Shown piece after piece: positions 9,313 to 19,725 of a stretch of DNA of 64,000 bases. This stretch comes from Candidatus Omnitrophota bacterium (GTDB taxonomy: Bacteria > Omnitrophota > Gorgyraeia > S143-82). The DNA lies in contig WGBD01000002.1 of NCBI GenBank assembly GCA_015494465.1, forward strand, positions 3,683 to 67,682, in the 5' to 3' direction. Position numbers and translations under genes: made by a program. The notes under the pieces were generated by a model. It saw nothing but the letters and a program-made list of their open reading frames with translations, was not told the origin of the DNA and did no database searches. The first letter of the stretch is position 1; every line of letters starts with the position of its first letter.

Positions 9313-11253
9313 TCAGAGTTTAAATCTATCCACCTGTGCCTTGATCTCGTTCACAACATCTGCCAGATCCTCCACCACCTTCCTGGACTGAGAAGTTATC
9401 TCCGACACCTTACTGGAAAGGAGGGTTATGCCCTCTATGCTCTGGGTTATCTCCTCGGTGGCCCGGCTCTGTTCCCGGGTGGCATTGGCAATCTGGCCTA
9501 TCATCGCGCTAACCGTCTCGGCAGAGGTCTTTATCTCCTCAAGTGCCTGTCCGGATGCACTTGCCAGCTCCCTGCCCCGCTCTACCTCCTGCTTGCTCTG
9601 CTCCATAGACTCCACCGCAAAGTGGGTCTCCTCCTGAATCGTCTTTATGGTATCCGCCACCTCTTTGGTGGCCTGAGAGGTCCTCTCCGCGAGTTTCCTT
9701 ACCTCATCCGCGACCACTGCAAATCCCCGCCCCTGCTCCCCTGCCCGGGCCGCCTCTATAGCGGCGTTCAGGGCGAGGAGGTTGGTCTGATCCGCAATGT
9801 CGTTTATCACCCCGATTATCTCGCTTATCTGGGCACTCTTTTCTCCCAGACTATTGATGGCATCTGCCGCCTTGTCAACCACCTCGGCGATGCGGTTCAT
9901 CCCGTCCACGGTCTTGTTCACCACTTCCGCCCCCGCCACCGCTTTTTCTGATGCCTCACTGGAGTACTGCACCGCAGATTCCGCGTTGTTGGCGATCTCG
10001 GCAACCGTGGAGTTCATCTCCTCAACCGCAGTGGCAACCCGGTTTATGTGGTCGTTCTGCTCACTGGAACTGCGGTCCACTTCGGCCATCTGGGAGACCA
10101 ACTCACCCATACGAGCGAGAAGCGACTCTACGCTCTGCTTAATCTGGCTTATCATCGCATGCTGCTTGTCTATGAATTGATTGAAGCCCTTGGCGAGTTG
10201 ACCTATCTCGTCGTCGGACTGGACATCTATTTTTTTGGTGAGATCACCTTCTCCACTGGCCACTTCCTCAATCATCTTGGTAATCTTGACCACAGGGTAA
10301 AGCGAGTGGTTGATGTACCAGAGGGAGACGACGGACATTATTATCAACAAGACAAGGGATATCGCCACGGTCTTCAATATCACCATCCTCATCGTCTGTT
10401 TCAGGGCCGAGGGCTTGACCTGAACGAAGGCAAACCTGACCTTACCGGAGAAGTCCTTCATGGGTATAAAGGTAATCATCTTCGTCCCGGTCTCATCAAA
10501 CCTGGACGAGACCTTCCCGGACTTCAGGCCCTTCAACACATCATCGGAAAGATTGGCTTTTACCAGGTCAACAGCGGCCTGTGAGGTCTCTGCGAGGACT
10601 TTTGGGCTGTCCAGTAGGGTCAAGCTGCCGTCCTTTTCTAATCGCACAAACGACAACAGGGCCCAATCGCCACCTAAACTATCCTTAAAGTCCCTAAGCA
10701 TCTCATCGCCCACCTTAAGTCCCAGCTCCACCGAACCCGCGTGCCTACCTATGTAGAACACTGGGAAGACGATACGATATCCCAGACCCGCCCGTCCAAT
10801 CTCAAAACCCATCACCGGTTTGCGAGTCGTATTACAGGTCAAGACGGTCTTGCGGAACTTGGAGAGGTCGTCACCGTACTTGCGTAGTTTGTGAAGGCGC
10901 AAAAAAGACCTGGCCGGTGGTGTGTGGAACTGGAACTGGGCTACCCCCTCTTTTTTGAGGTATTCCCACAGCCCAGCAGATAAAAATGCTAATCGTTCCC
11001 GCTGGCGAAGATAAAAGGCCTCCTGTATCTCGGCATTCGACACTATGGAATACAGAGCAAGAGCCCCTACTCGTTTGAGCGAATCGAATTTATTTTCTAC
11101 GGAGCGCTGGGCAATCTCCTTGTCGGCCTGTAACTCACGGAGTTTTTCCTTATAGACATCCCGAAAGTAAACGACCCCGTAGACTATCTGGCCAAGTATC
11201 AGGACCGCAAGGATCCGGAGAAATATCTTTACCGATAGACGCCCCTTTGCCAT
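9313..11253 (-). CDS. methyl-accepting chemotaxis protein with periplasmic Cache-like sensor, HAMP and MCP signalling domain
   Basis: 646 aa. Two TM segments flank a ~280 aa periplasmic domain, followed by HAMP and a conserved MCP hairpin ([30 protein letters not shown]). Confidence 0.9.
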   Translation of the reverse strand: MAKGRLSVKIFLRILAVLILGQIVYGVVYFRDVYKEKLRELQADKEIAQRSVENKFDSLKRVGALALYSIVSNAEIQEAFYLRQRERLAFLSAGLWEYLKKEGVAQFQFHTPPARSFLRLHKLRKYGDDLSKFRKTVLTCNTTRKPVMGFEIGRAGLGYRIVFPVFYIGRHAGSVELGLKVGDEMLRDFKDSLGGDWALLSFVRLEKDGSLTLLDSPKVLAETSQAAVDLVKANLSDDVLKGLKSGKVSSRFDETGTKMITFIPMKDFSGKVRFAFVQVKPSALKQTMRMVILKTVAISLVLLIIMSVVSLWYINHSLYPVVKITKMIEEVASGEGDLTKKIDVQSDDEIGQLAKGFNQFIDKQHAMISQIKQSVESLLARMGELVSQMAEVDRSSSEQNDHINRVATAVEEMNSTVAEIANNAESAVQYSSEASEKAVAGAEVVNKTVDGMNRIAEVVDKAADAINSLGEKSAQISEIIGVINDIADQTNLLALNAAIEAARAGEQGRGFAVVADEVRKLAERTSQATKEVADTIKTIQEETHFAVESMEQSKQEVERGRELASASGQALEEIKTSAETVSAMIGQIANATREQSRATEEITQSIEGITLLSSKVSEITSQSRKVVEDLADVVNEIKAQVDRFKL

Positions 11254-11289
11254 CTCCCCCCTCCAATTTTTGGCGTTTAGGCCCTCAAC

Positions 11290-11757
11290 CTAAAACGGTG
11301 GAGACCACTTGCCACCCTTTCCCGGTTGCCACCTGACAGTGCCACCTACATAAAGGACATTGCCTCCCCTACCCCCGTGATTCTCCGGCCTATCGCAGAC
11401 TATCGGGGTAGTAGAAGGCGCCGATTCCGTAAGCCCTGAATTATACAGGTAATCCCCCTGATCTGCGTTGGTTATAGAGGTCTTTCCCGAACTGGGACAG
11501 ATGAAGACATTTATGTCGTCTATGTAGCCCTCGTCCACCAGTGCCTGAAGGTTGGGAGGGAAGTGCTCGTTGTGGTCGGCGGCGTACATGTGCAGGGCAG
11601 CGCTTATCTGTTTGAGGTTGTTGACGCACTTGGCCCGCCTGCCCTGCTCCCTCGCCCCCCGAAGGGCAGGAAAGAGCATCGCCGCCAAGAGCAGGATTAT
11701 CCCGATTACTACCAGAAGTTCTATAAGAGTAAAGCCACTTCGCCCCGAAGTGCGCAT
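11290..11757 (-). CDS. prepilin-type N-terminal cleavage/methylation domain protein (H-X9-DG/DUF1559-like pseudopilin)
   Basis: [25 protein letters not shown] prepilin motif. C-terminal H-x9-VGG...W element. Start moved to the ATG at 11757 ([15 protein letters not shown]), which is preceded by GGAGGAGGGG. The track ORF starts at 11802. Confidence 0.75.
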   Translation of the reverse strand: MRTSGRSGFTLIELLVVIGIILLLAAMLFPALRGAREQGRRAKCVNNLKQISAALHMYAADHNEHFPPNLQALVDEGYIDDINVFICPSSGKTSITNADQGDYLYNSGLTESAPSTTPIVCDRPENHGGRGGNVLYVGGTVRWQPGKGGKWSPPF

Positions 11758-11809
11758 CCCCTCCTCCGGTTGGAGAATAGTATACCATAAACGCCATCTC
11801 AAAATAAGA

Positions 11810-12439
11810 CTAAAAAATCCGCCCCAAGACAGACCGGCCCATTACTATGTAGTCCGCCCCTGCCCTCTGGGCGTCCTGGGGGGTGGCCACCCTGCGTTGA
11901 TCACCGGTCTCATCGCCCGCCAGTCTTATCCCCGGGCAGACGGTTATGAAATCGCTGCCACAGGCGCCTTTCACCGCCTCCACCTCCCAAACCGAACACA
12001 CCACCCCGTCCAGGCCGACCGACCTAGCGACCTCCGCCATCGCAACCACCTGCGAGACATCTGATTCCTGACTGGTCAGCCGGGTAACCCCCACGCAGAT
12101 GGGCCTAGGTCTCGCCTCGTCCAACGCCCGTCTCACCGCTCTTAAGGACTCCTCTCCGGCAGAGATGTGCACATTCACCATATCTGCCCCCAATCGGACC
12201 GAACTCAACACCGCATGGTACATCGTATTCGGTATGTCGTGGAACTTGAGGTCCAGGAAGACCTTCTTTCCCCGCGACTTTAGATAGTGCACCACCTCAG
12301 GGCCGGCCTGTAGGAAGAGACGATAGCCCACCTTATACCAGACCTGTCCCTCCCCCAAACGCTCCAAGACCTTATCGACCCGCTCCCTATCCACATCCAA
12401 GGCGACGATTAACTCAGGCCTCTTTTTACCCCCCATCAC
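11810..12439 (-). CDS. pyrF: orotidine 5'-phosphate decarboxylase
   Basis: 209 aa. LIVALDV...KVGYRLF...[12 protein letters not shown] is the PyrF signature. Confidence 0.9.
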   Translation of the reverse strand: MMGGKKRPELIVALDVDRERVDKVLERLGEGQVWYKVGYRLFLQAGPEVVHYLKSRGKKVFLDLKFHDIPNTMYHAVLSSVRLGADMVNVHISAGEESLRAVRRALDEARPRPICVGVTRLTSQESDVSQVVAMAEVARSVGLDGVVCSVWEVEAVKGACGSDFITVCPGIRLAGDETGDQRRVATPQDAQRAGADYIVMGRSVLGRIF

Positions 12440-13085
12440 TTCCCTCCACGCCTATCTTAGGGCACACATCCCTGAACTCACATCCTTCACAGTCCGGCCT
12501 TCTGGCCTTGCACCTCCTCCTCCCGTGGAGGATTAGGCCGTTGGACATCGTCGTCCAACTGTCTTTCGGCCAGACTTCCATCAGATCGTACTCTATCTTA
12601 GTAGGATCAGTATGCTCTGTAAACCCGAGCCTGCGGCTCAACCTCCTCACATGGGTATCCACGGTAATCGTATCCTGCCCGTAGAGATTGGCCAAGAGGA
12701 CATTTGCGCTCTTTCTGCCTATGCCCGGCAGGGTCACAAGGTCGTCCATATTATCGGGGATCCGTCCTCCAAAACGCTCTACTATCCCCCTACAGCAGGC
12801 AATTATGTTCCTCGCCTTGGCCCGGTAGAGACCTATCTCTCGGATGTAGGGTATCAGGTCCTCCTCCCGTGCGCCAGCCATTGCCTCGATACTCGGAAAA
12901 CGGGAAAAGAGATTTGGCGTGATCTCATTAACCTTCTTATCGGTGGATTGGGCAGAGAGTATAACCGCAACTAGGAGTTGGTAGGGATTCGCGTAGACCA
13001 GTTCTATCCCCGGATCGCCGTAGACCGCCTTTATCCTCCTGAGAACCTCCCGAGCCCGGGCCCTTCTTCCGTTCAGGCTATCCAC
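12426..13085 (-). CDS. nth: endonuclease III
   Basis: 219 aa. HhH-GPD (LPGIGRKSANVLL) and a 4Fe-4S Cys cluster CKARRPDCEGCEFRDVC. Confidence 0.9.
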   Translation of the reverse strand: MDSLNGRRARAREVLRRIKAVYGDPGIELVYANPYQLLVAVILSAQSTDKKVNEITPNLFSRFPSIEAMAGAREEDLIPYIREIGLYRAKARNIIACCRGIVERFGGRIPDNMDDLVTLPGIGRKSANVLLANLYGQDTITVDTHVRRLSRRLGFTEHTDPTKIEYDLMEVWPKDSWTTMSNGLILHGRRRCKARRPDCEGCEFRDVCPKIGVEGSDGG

Positions 13086-13734
13086 TTAACAATTCCTCCT
13101 TTATGGCGGATATGAGGCGCAACCGTCCCCCCTCTGGCAGGGGCAGATTGGTCAGGAACTCATCGTGCGAACGCCCTTTTCTATACTCAGGAACACGATC
13201 CGGTATGGGGAGCAGGCTTTCTATCAGGGATATGTCAAAGCCGTACAACATCGTCCCGTGGACATAAAAGCGATCTCTAAGCCTGCGCTGGGCATTTCCG
13301 GAGAACTTCCTGTCCCCGAGACACAGATCGGACACGCCCCTGCGCGCAACCTCTATCCCCGTTACCTTTTCTATCGCCGAGGATATCCTTTCCAATACCC
13401 AGGCAAATGTCTCCTCAATCCCCCTCTTCCCGGGCCCTGCCCAGTCCACATAGGTATAATTAAGGCATCCCGGCCCCTGCAGGACCGTCCCCCCGCCCGA
13501 ACGCCGACGCAATATCGGGATCCCTAGCCTTCGTGCGGTCTCCTCAGACACATCACTCATCGGTCTGCCCCTGCCCAAAACGACGAAGTATTCCCTACTC
13601 TCCCAGAACCGCAACACGGGGAACCTATGGCCCAACTCCAACAGATCCTCGTCCAACTGCAGGCACAGATGAGGCGGAAGGGCCAAATCGTCTAAGACAA
13701 CAAGACCCATCTCCTGCCCTTCTCTATCCTCCAC
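13078..13734 (-). CDS. lipoate-protein ligase / octanoyltransferase family protein (BPL_LPL catalytic domain)
   Basis: 218 aa. RRRSGGGTVLQGPG and GDRKFSGNAQRR match LplA/LipM catalytic motifs. Confidence 0.75.
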   Translation of the reverse strand: MEDREGQEMGLVVLDDLALPPHLCLQLDEDLLELGHRFPVLRFWESREYFVVLGRGRPMSDVSEETARRLGIPILRRRSGGGTVLQGPGCLNYTYVDWAGPGKRGIEETFAWVLERISSAIEKVTGIEVARRGVSDLCLGDRKFSGNAQRRLRDRFYVHGTMLYGFDISLIESLLPIPDRVPEYRKGRSHDEFLTNLPLPEGGRLRLISAIKEELLSG

Positions 13735-14330
13735 TTGCGGGTAAGGACCAGGTTGACTGCCTCGGGATAGAGTCTGTGTTCCAGTCGGTGGATCCTCTCC
13801 TCCAGTGAGGCGAGGTCCTCGCCCTCCCGTATCTTCACACAGCCCTGCAGGACGATAGGGCCGTGGTCCACTTCCTCGTCTACGAAGTGTATCGTCACGC
13901 CCGTGACCTTCACCCCGTATTCGAAGGCGTCCTTTATACCCGAACGCCCCTTAAACGCGGGCAATAAAGAGGGGTGGATGTTGAGTATCCTGTGCCTATA
14001 GCGACGCACGAATACGGGCGAGAGTATGCGCATAAAACCCGCCAGTAGTATCCAATCCACCTTCCACAGGCGCAGTTCCTTTAATAGGGCCCTTTCGTAC
14101 TCCTCCTTGGAGGCAAAGGCGGAGGGATCCACGAACAACACCGGCACCCCCAGGCGTTTGGCCCGCTCTATGGCAAAGGCATTCGGATTATCGGTGACCA
14201 TAACCGTTATCCTCCCCGGGAACCTGCCCCTGCGATTGGCCCTTACCAAGGCCTCAAAGTTGGAACCGTTCCCGGAGCAAAAGACCGCAATCGAGGGCCT
14301 TATAGGTCCAGTACCACCTCTGCTTCCCAC
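13692..14330 (-). CDS. purN: phosphoribosylglycinamide formyltransferase
   Basis: 212 aa. IAVFCSGNGSNFEAL..., NIHPSLLPAFKG. Confidence 0.9.
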   Translation of the reverse strand: MGSRGGTGPIRPSIAVFCSGNGSNFEALVRANRRGRFPGRITVMVTDNPNAFAIERAKRLGVPVLFVDPSAFASKEEYERALLKELRLWKVDWILLAGFMRILSPVFVRRYRHRILNIHPSLLPAFKGRSGIKDAFEYGVKVTGVTIHFVDEEVDHGPIVLQGCVKIREGEDLASLEERIHRLEHRLYPEAVNLVLTRKWRIEKGRRWVLLS

Positions 14331-14725
14331 GCCTCCTCCCTTCTCTCGAATCGCAAGCGGTGATAGGTAATGGCCTTCACCTCCCGCACATCCTCAAGTT
14401 TTTCCTGCTCCAACCTCACGAATTCCAATTCTGCAGTTATGGAATCATCCCTTACCGTCAACTGCTTGACCCCAATCGGGACGATTAATTCCTCTTCGAA
14501 TAAATACAGCAGTTCCTCGAGGAGGTCGTGCAGGGATAGACTCAGATCTGGCCCAGAAATCTTTACCCGCCTCGTGAACCGTTCCTCAGGACCTGCCTGC
14601 AGGAAGGCATTTGGGTACTTTTCGCCAAGTATTGCCAGGAACAAGGCGTAGATTGCCTGGGAGACCACCTCTTCCGGGGTATCTCCCCAGACGATAAAAC
14701 CAAGATCTGCGGTATGCTGTATAAA
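14300..14725 (-). CDS. archease (RtcB-ligase cofactor family)
   Basis: The HTADLGFIVWGDTPEEV N-terminal signature and overall ~140 aa length fit archease. The track ORF (ATG at 14815) reads through tRNA-Lys. The true start must lie at or below 14725, where no ATG/GTG/TTG is present. Confidence 0.65.
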   Translation of the reverse strand, partial: FIQHTADLGFIVWGDTPEEVVSQAIYALFLAILGEKYPNAFLQAGPEERFTRRVKISGPDLSLSLHDLLEELLYLFEEELIVPIGVKQLTVRDDSITAELEFVRLEQEKLEDVREVKAITYHRLRFERREEAWEAEVVLDL

Positions 14726-14727
14726 CC

Positions 14728-14800
14728 TGAGCCGCCTGGGACTCGAACCCAGGACACCCGGCTTAAAAGGCCGGTGCTCTACCTGCTGAGCTAGCGGCTC
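14728..14800 (-). tRNA. tRNA-Lys (anticodon UUU)
   Basis: Manual cloverleaf: GAGCCGC-TA-GCTC AGCAGGTA GAGC-A-CCGGC CTTTTAA GCCGG-GTGTC-CTGGG TTCGAGT CCCAG-GCGGCTC-A. No encoded CCA. Confidence 0.85.
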
Positions 14801-14801
14801 G

Positions 14802-15293
14802 TTAGGCTTCTTCACCCTTTTTCTCGGAGTCCGGACAGAGTTTGCCCTCCGCCCGCAGCCTCTCTAGTTTATCACACATGTGGTTTATCCACGCAGCGAC
14901 ATCGTGGAATTCGTCAGCCTTGCGCAGGTTGATCCTCAAAGAGAAGTTGCCGTTGCCTATCTCTTCCAGCATCCTGCGGATTCTGACCCAGGGCCCCACT
15001 ATCTTGTGGGTCATGTAAAGACCCTCCCAGTAGATAAACACCGCTGCGGTAATGATCTGGACCACCATTGTAAGGAAAATCGCCAAGGCAAGCAAGCGAA
15101 ATTCGTCTATGTAGGTGGTGAGACCCCGCTTTATGAATATCAGGGTGGTGAACAAGAAGGCGAAGACTCCACCTAAAACGATCATACCCACTGTGAACCA
15201 GAACACCTTTGCGACATACTTGAGCTGAAACTCCTTGTCCACCAAGATGTTTCTACGCTTTTTTGCACCCAGGAACGGAAACAGCAGAGACAT
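14802..15293 (-). CDS. small membrane protein with two TM helices and a HAMP-like domain only
   Basis: 163 aa. Two hydrophobic helices, then IVGPWVRIRRMLEEIGNGNFSLRINLRKADEFHDVAAWINHMCDKL (HAMP pattern). No output domain. Confidence 0.5.
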   Translation of the reverse strand: MSLLFPFLGAKKRRNILVDKEFQLKYVAKVFWFTVGMIVLGGVFAFLFTTLIFIKRGLTTYIDEFRLLALAIFLTMVVQIITAAVFIYWEGLYMTHKIVGPWVRIRRMLEEIGNGNFSLRINLRKADEFHDVAAWINHMCDKLERLRAEGKLCPDSEKKGEEA

Positions 15294-15326
15294 GTCCTTA
15301 CCCCCCTTCTTAAACGGGATGGACGG

Positions 15327-15902
15327 TTAAACTACCTTTAACTCCTTTTCCTTCTCTTTCAGTATCTCCTCTACCTTCTCCACGAATTCGTCGACCAGCT
15401 TCTGTAACTTCTCCTTGGCGTCGAAGGCCTCGTCCTCGCTGATTGCCTTGTTTTTCTCCAGCTTCTCTATGGCCTCTTTTGCCTCCCTGCGTATGGTCCG
15501 TATGGATATCCGGGCGTGCTCCGCTTCTTGCTTGACTATCTTGTCCAGCTCCTTTCTTCGCTCCTCGGAGAGCGGGGGTAAGACCACGCGGATGACCTTT
15601 CCGTCGTCAGTAGGTGTGACTCCCAACTTGGAATTGGCTAAGGCCTTCTCTATGTCGTGTATGGTGTTCGGATCCCACGGCTGGATGACTATAAGGTGGG
15701 CATCGGGGATGCTCACCGAGGCAATCTGTTTCAAGGGCAGGACCTGTCCGTAACAGTGGACCCTGATCTCTTCCACCAGCGAGGCAGAGGCCTTTCCAGT
15801 CCTTATCTCTGCCAATTCCTTCTGGTATATCTCTATGGCCTTCTCCATGTGCTCCCTCGCCCACTTCATTATGTCCTTCACCGAACCGAAATCGTGAGCC
15901 AT
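15327..15902 (-). CDS. frr: ribosome recycling factor
   Basis: 191 aa. IRTGKASASLVEEIRVHCYGQVLPLKQIASVSIPD is classic RRF. Confidence 0.95.
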   Translation of the reverse strand: MAHDFGSVKDIMKWAREHMEKAIEIYQKELAEIRTGKASASLVEEIRVHCYGQVLPLKQIASVSIPDAHLIVIQPWDPNTIHDIEKALANSKLGVTPTDDGKVIRVVLPPLSEERRKELDKIVKQEAEHARISIRTIRREAKEAIEKLEKNKAISEDEAFDAKEKLQKLVDEFVEKVEEILKEKEKELKVV

Positions 15903-15923
15903 ACCTCCCCTCCTTGATGGATC

Positions 15924-16640
15924 TTATTCGTGAATGAAGGTTCCGACCTCTTCTCCCTGGACCACGCGCTTTATGTTCCCTCTCTTGTGGAGGTCCAATA
16001 CCACGATTGGGATGTGGTTCTCCATACACATTGTTATAGCAGTTATGTCCATGACTTGCAATCTCTGTTTGATCACATCTAGGTAGGAGAGCTTCTTGTA
16101 GCGGACGGCGGTGGGATCCTTCCGGGGATCCGCGGAATAGACCCCGTCGACCTTCGTCGCCTTCACCACCAACTCCGCGTGGATCTCCGCAGCCCTCAGG
16201 GAGGCAGCGGTATCAGTGGTAAAGTAGGGGTTCCCCGTACCCGCCACGAATATGACGATCCTGCCCTTTTCAAGGTGCCGTATTGCCCTGCGCCTGATGT
16301 AGGGCTCTGCTACCTGCTTGATCTCAAGGGCACTCATCACCCGGGTGGGCACGCCGAGTTTTTCCAGGGCGTTCTGGATAGCTAGACCGTTTATGACGGT
16401 GGCAAGCATCCCCATGTAGTCGGCCACTGCCCTGTCCAGGCCAAAGACCGCGAACTTCTCCCCACCCCGAAAGATGTTCCCCCCACCTACGACCACCGCA
16501 ACCTGACAGCCGATTTCCCAGACGGACTTTATCTCCGAGCAGACATAGGAGAGGGTATCCAAAGATATACCGGAGGGCTCCTCCCCTTGAAGGGCCTCTC
16601 CGCTCATCTTTATGACTATTCGGTTGTACTTAACCGGCAT
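15924..16640 (-). CDS. pyrH: UMP kinase
   Basis: 238 aa. [10 protein letters not shown]...[10 protein letters not shown]. Confidence 0.95.
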   Translation of the reverse strand: MPVKYNRIVIKMSGEALQGEEPSGISLDTLSYVCSEIKSVWEIGCQVAVVVGGGNIFRGGEKFAVFGLDRAVADYMGMLATVINGLAIQNALEKLGVPTRVMSALEIKQVAEPYIRRRAIRHLEKGRIVIFVAGTGNPYFTTDTAASLRAAEIHAELVVKATKVDGVYSADPRKDPTAVRYKKLSYLDVIKQRLQVMDITAITMCMENHIPIVVLDLHKRGNIKRVVQGEEVGTFIHE

Positions 16641-16663
16641 AGAGCCTACGGGGCTTCTTAGGA

Positions 16664-17197
16664 CTAGGCCCCGACCTCGAATCGGACGAATCGTTTCAGT
16701 ACTATGTTCTCTCCGGTCTTGGCAACGAGTTCGGTAATGTAATCCTTTATAGTCTTGCTCTCGTCCTTTATAAACGGCTGGGACAGGAGAACCTTCTCCT
16801 TCAAGAACTCATCCTTGTCCTCTGCTTCTGCCAATAGATCTGCGGGGACATCCTCCTCAGAAAGGTACTCTGGGGCCATCGCTGCGATGTGCATCGCGAT
16901 GTCTTTACAGGCCTGCTTAAACAGGTCGTTGTTGGCCACGAAGTCGGTCTCGCAGTCCAATTCCACCAATACCCCGATCTTGCCGCCCATGTGTATGTAG
17001 GCCTCTATTCGCCCCTGGCCGGTGGCCCGAGAGGCCTTCTTCTCCGCAATAGCGATCCCCCTTTTCTTCAAGATCTCTATCGCCTTCTTCATGTCCCCCT
17101 CTGCCTCTTCCAAGGCCTTTTTACACTCGATCACACCGGCAGAGGTCATCTCGCGAAGTTCCTTTATCTTGTCAGCGCTGATCTGTGCCATAATCAC
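16664..17197 (-). CDS. tsf: elongation factor Ts
   Basis: 177 aa. [19 protein letters not shown]...[15 protein letters not shown]. Confidence 0.95.
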   Translation of the reverse strand: MIMAQISADKIKELREMTSAGVIECKKALEEAEGDMKKAIEILKKRGIAIAEKKASRATGQGRIEAYIHMGGKIGVLVELDCETDFVANNDLFKQACKDIAMHIAAMAPEYLSEEDVPADLLAEAEDKDEFLKEKVLLSQPFIKDESKTIKDYITELVAKTGENIVLKRFVRFEVGA

Positions 17198-18054
17198 CCC
17201 TCTCCTCTTTCCTTCGTCTTCTCAACCACAGGTTCCTCTTCTAATTCCTCAACCCCTTTTGTCTCCTCCGCTATCTTCTCCGCCTCTTCCTTCAGTTTCC
17301 GCATCTCTTCCTCTTGCTGCTCTGAAGAGGCCGATTCAGACCCCTCCTCCGACTGTACCTCCGCAGTGGTGAGGGTCACCTTGGCCGGTTCTACCACCGA
17401 AAGGAGTTCCTCCAAAAGGAAGCGTATCGACCTGAAGGCATCGTCGTTGCCCGGGATAGGATAGTCCACATCCTCGGGATTACAATTCGTATCCACGATA
17501 CCTATCGTCGGTATCCCCAGCCTCTTGGTCTCACGAACGGCGTTCTTTTCGTGCTCAGTGTCGACGATAATAACCACATCCGGGAGTTTTGCCATCTCCT
17601 TGATACCGGCAAAGTTCTTTATCTTTTTGTTGTACATCCGGGTCAGACGAGACCTCTCCTTTTTCCTCAACCGCTCCGAGCCCTCTCCAAACAGGCGTTC
17701 TTCTAGCTCCTTCATCTTCTCTATACTCCTGCGCACCGTGGCAAAGTTGGTGAGAGTCCCACCAAGCCAGCGGTGATTCACATAGAATACGCCGTGCTTG
17801 TTTGCCAACTCACCCACTATGTCCCGGGCGTGTTTCTTGGTCCCTACCAATAATATCGTGGCCCGCTTGGCGACCATAGAGGAAAGGAAGTTCTTTGCCT
17901 CCTCCAACTGGGCAACCGTCTTCTCAAGATCTATTATGTATATGTTCTTCCTCCGACCAAAGATAAAGCGCTTCATCTTGGGATTCCACTTCTTGGTCTG
18001 GTGCCCGAAGTGGACGCCCGCTGCCAGCATTTTCTTTATTATTTCACTCGCCAA
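17194..18054 (-). CDS. rpsB: 30S ribosomal protein S2 (acidic C-terminal extension)
   Basis: 286 aa. VHFGHQTKKWNPKM..., GGTLTNF. Confidence 0.95.
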   Translation of the reverse strand: MASEIIKKMLAAGVHFGHQTKKWNPKMKRFIFGRRKNIYIIDLEKTVAQLEEAKNFLSSMVAKRATILLVGTKKHARDIVGELANKHGVFYVNHRWLGGTLTNFATVRRSIEKMKELEERLFGEGSERLRKKERSRLTRMYNKKIKNFAGIKEMAKLPDVVIIVDTEHEKNAVRETKRLGIPTIGIVDTNCNPEDVDYPIPGNDDAFRSIRFLLEELLSVVEPAKVTLTTAEVQSEEGSESASSEQQEEEMRKLKEEAEKIAEETKGVEELEEEPVVEKTKERGEG

Positions 18055-18132
18055 CTCCTTACCTCCTGTGGTTTAGACCTATCTCGTAATACCTCGCCTA
18101 CCCAATCCGTAACCGAAACATTTGAAGTTTGC

Positions 18133-18161
18133 ATTATATCACAAATTTATCCAGACTGGAA
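18133..18161 (-). promoter_or_regulatory. sigma70-type promoter with extended -10 (TGaTATAAT) for the rpsB-tsf-pyrH-frr operon
   Basis: Minus strand reads ...ttccag-N17-tgaTATAATgc about 80 nt upstream of the rpsB ATG. It overlaps the 3' end of tgt. Confidence 0.45.
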
Positions 18162-19231
18162 TCCATAATAGCCTCGCGAATGCGCCTCATCAGATTGGAG
18201 TAAAAATATAAGTTGTGAAGCGTCAACAACCTTATACCTAGGACCTCGCCTGCAGTGAAGAGATGGCGCAGATAGGCCCTGCTGAATCCCCCTTTACAGG
18301 CAGGGCAATTGCAGGCAGGATCCAGTACTGCTTCGTCGGTCCTGTGCCTGCTGTGGCGGATGTTGAGCTTGCCCTGACTGGTAAACACCACGCCCGTCCT
18401 CCCGTAGCGGGTGGGTATCACGCAATCAAACATGTCCACGCCCAGTCTGACCGCATTCACTATGTCCTGGGGAGTCCCCACCCCCATAAGGTACCTTGGC
18501 CTGTCCTCGGGAAGGAGCTCGGTACACACCTGAGTCATCTCCCAGCGCACATCCTCCGGCTCCCCTACGCTGAGCCCCCCTATTGCGTACCCCGGCAGAT
18601 CCCATTGTATGGCCCTTTCCACCGCCTCCTTCCTGAGATCGGGATAGTGGGCCCCCTGGACTATGCCAAAGAGCATCTGCCCTCTATCCTCACCACGCCT
18701 TTCTCTCCACCTCCTCACCGTCCTTGCTAACCAGAGATTCGTCAGGGCCAAGGAATCCCGTGCCTGCTTTTTGCCTACCGGATAGGTAAGGCACTCGTCC
18801 AACGGCATGATGATGTCCGAACGGATTCCTTCCAACTGGAAGTCCAGCACCGCCTCGGGCGAGAGGAATATCGGCGATCCGTCTATGTGGGAAGAGAATT
18901 CCACCCCCTCTTCCGAGACCCTCCTCAGTTTGGCCAGAGAGAATACCTGATAGCCTCCGCTATCGGTAAGGAGGGCGTAAGGCCAGCGCATAAACTCGTG
19001 CAGGTCTGGTTGTTCGGCAAAGAATTCCCTGCCCGGCCTGAGCATGAGGTGATAGGTGTTGGAAAGGATGAGGCGATACCCCATCTCCTCCAGCTCCCAA
19101 GGGGCAACGGTCTTGACGGTCGCCTGCGTGCCTACAGGCATAAAGACCGGGGTGGGGATCTCCAGACCCCGAATCTTCAACACCCCTACCCTCGCTCGAG
19201 ATGTCTCGTCTTTGGCTATAACCCTAAACAT
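18134..19231 (-). CDS. tgt: queuine tRNA-ribosyltransferase
   Basis: 365 aa. PVFMPVGTQATVK..., Zn site CNCPACKGGFSRAYLRHL. Confidence 0.95.
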   Translation of the reverse strand: MFRVIAKDETSRARVGVLKIRGLEIPTPVFMPVGTQATVKTVAPWELEEMGYRLILSNTYHLMLRPGREFFAEQPDLHEFMRWPYALLTDSGGYQVFSLAKLRRVSEEGVEFSSHIDGSPIFLSPEAVLDFQLEGIRSDIIMPLDECLTYPVGKKQARDSLALTNLWLARTVRRWRERRGEDRGQMLFGIVQGAHYPDLRKEAVERAIQWDLPGYAIGGLSVGEPEDVRWEMTQVCTELLPEDRPRYLMGVGTPQDIVNAVRLGVDMFDCVIPTRYGRTGVVFTSQGKLNIRHSRHRTDEAVLDPACNCPACKGGFSRAYLRHLFTAGEVLGIRLLTLHNLYFYSNLMRRIREAIMDSSLDKFVI

Positions 19232-19377
19232 ATCAAGAGGTTTTAAGTCGAATTTGCTAACTTGGCGAACCCAGACCGCCCCATAATTTTACCCGACCCC
19301 GCTCCCAAAGTATAGCCCAAATGCGTCGGGGGACAGATTCCTTCTGGAAGATTTTCTCTCACAAGGTAAAATAAGCT

Positions 19378-19725
19378 ATGGACTGTTCGGAAGTGAAGGC
19401 GCTCATACCAGACTACGCCCAAGGGAGACTTGCCCCTGATAAGGCCGAGAAGCTCAAAGAACACCTGAGGCAATGCGACACCTGTAGGACCTACTGGGAA
19501 GACTTCCAACGGAAGGTGCTTCCGTTCTTAGGGGCAAGGGTCTATCCGATCCCTGCTGGGGAAAAGGACCTCATGCGCAGACAGCGGATGGGACAAAGGA
19601 AGAGCAGGAAGTTGGACAAACAACACTGGCTGATCCGCATCCTCCCCAATCTGCTGACTGCGGTATCGCTGCTCCTGATAATAATCGGGTTGGTCATAGC
19701 CCAAAGGCGCCTAACCGGAAGATGA
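19378..19725 (+). CDS. putative zinc-finger (zf-HC2) anti-sigma factor with C-terminal TM anchor
   Basis: 115 aa. MDCSEVKALIPDYAQGRL...EHLRQCDTCR (H-x3-C-x2-C), hydrophobic helix near the C-terminus. Confidence 0.65.
   Translation: MDCSEVKALIPDYAQGRLAPDKAEKLKEHLRQCDTCRTYWEDFQRKVLPFLGARVYPIPAGEKDLMRRQRMGQRKSRKLDKQHWLIRILPNLLTAVSLLLIIIGLVIAQRRLTGR

Noticed and set aside
14728-14815. ATG at 14815 as the archease start.
   Set aside because: It would make the CDS overlap the entire tRNA-Lys gene. The N-terminal 30 residues are just the antisense translation of the tRNA.
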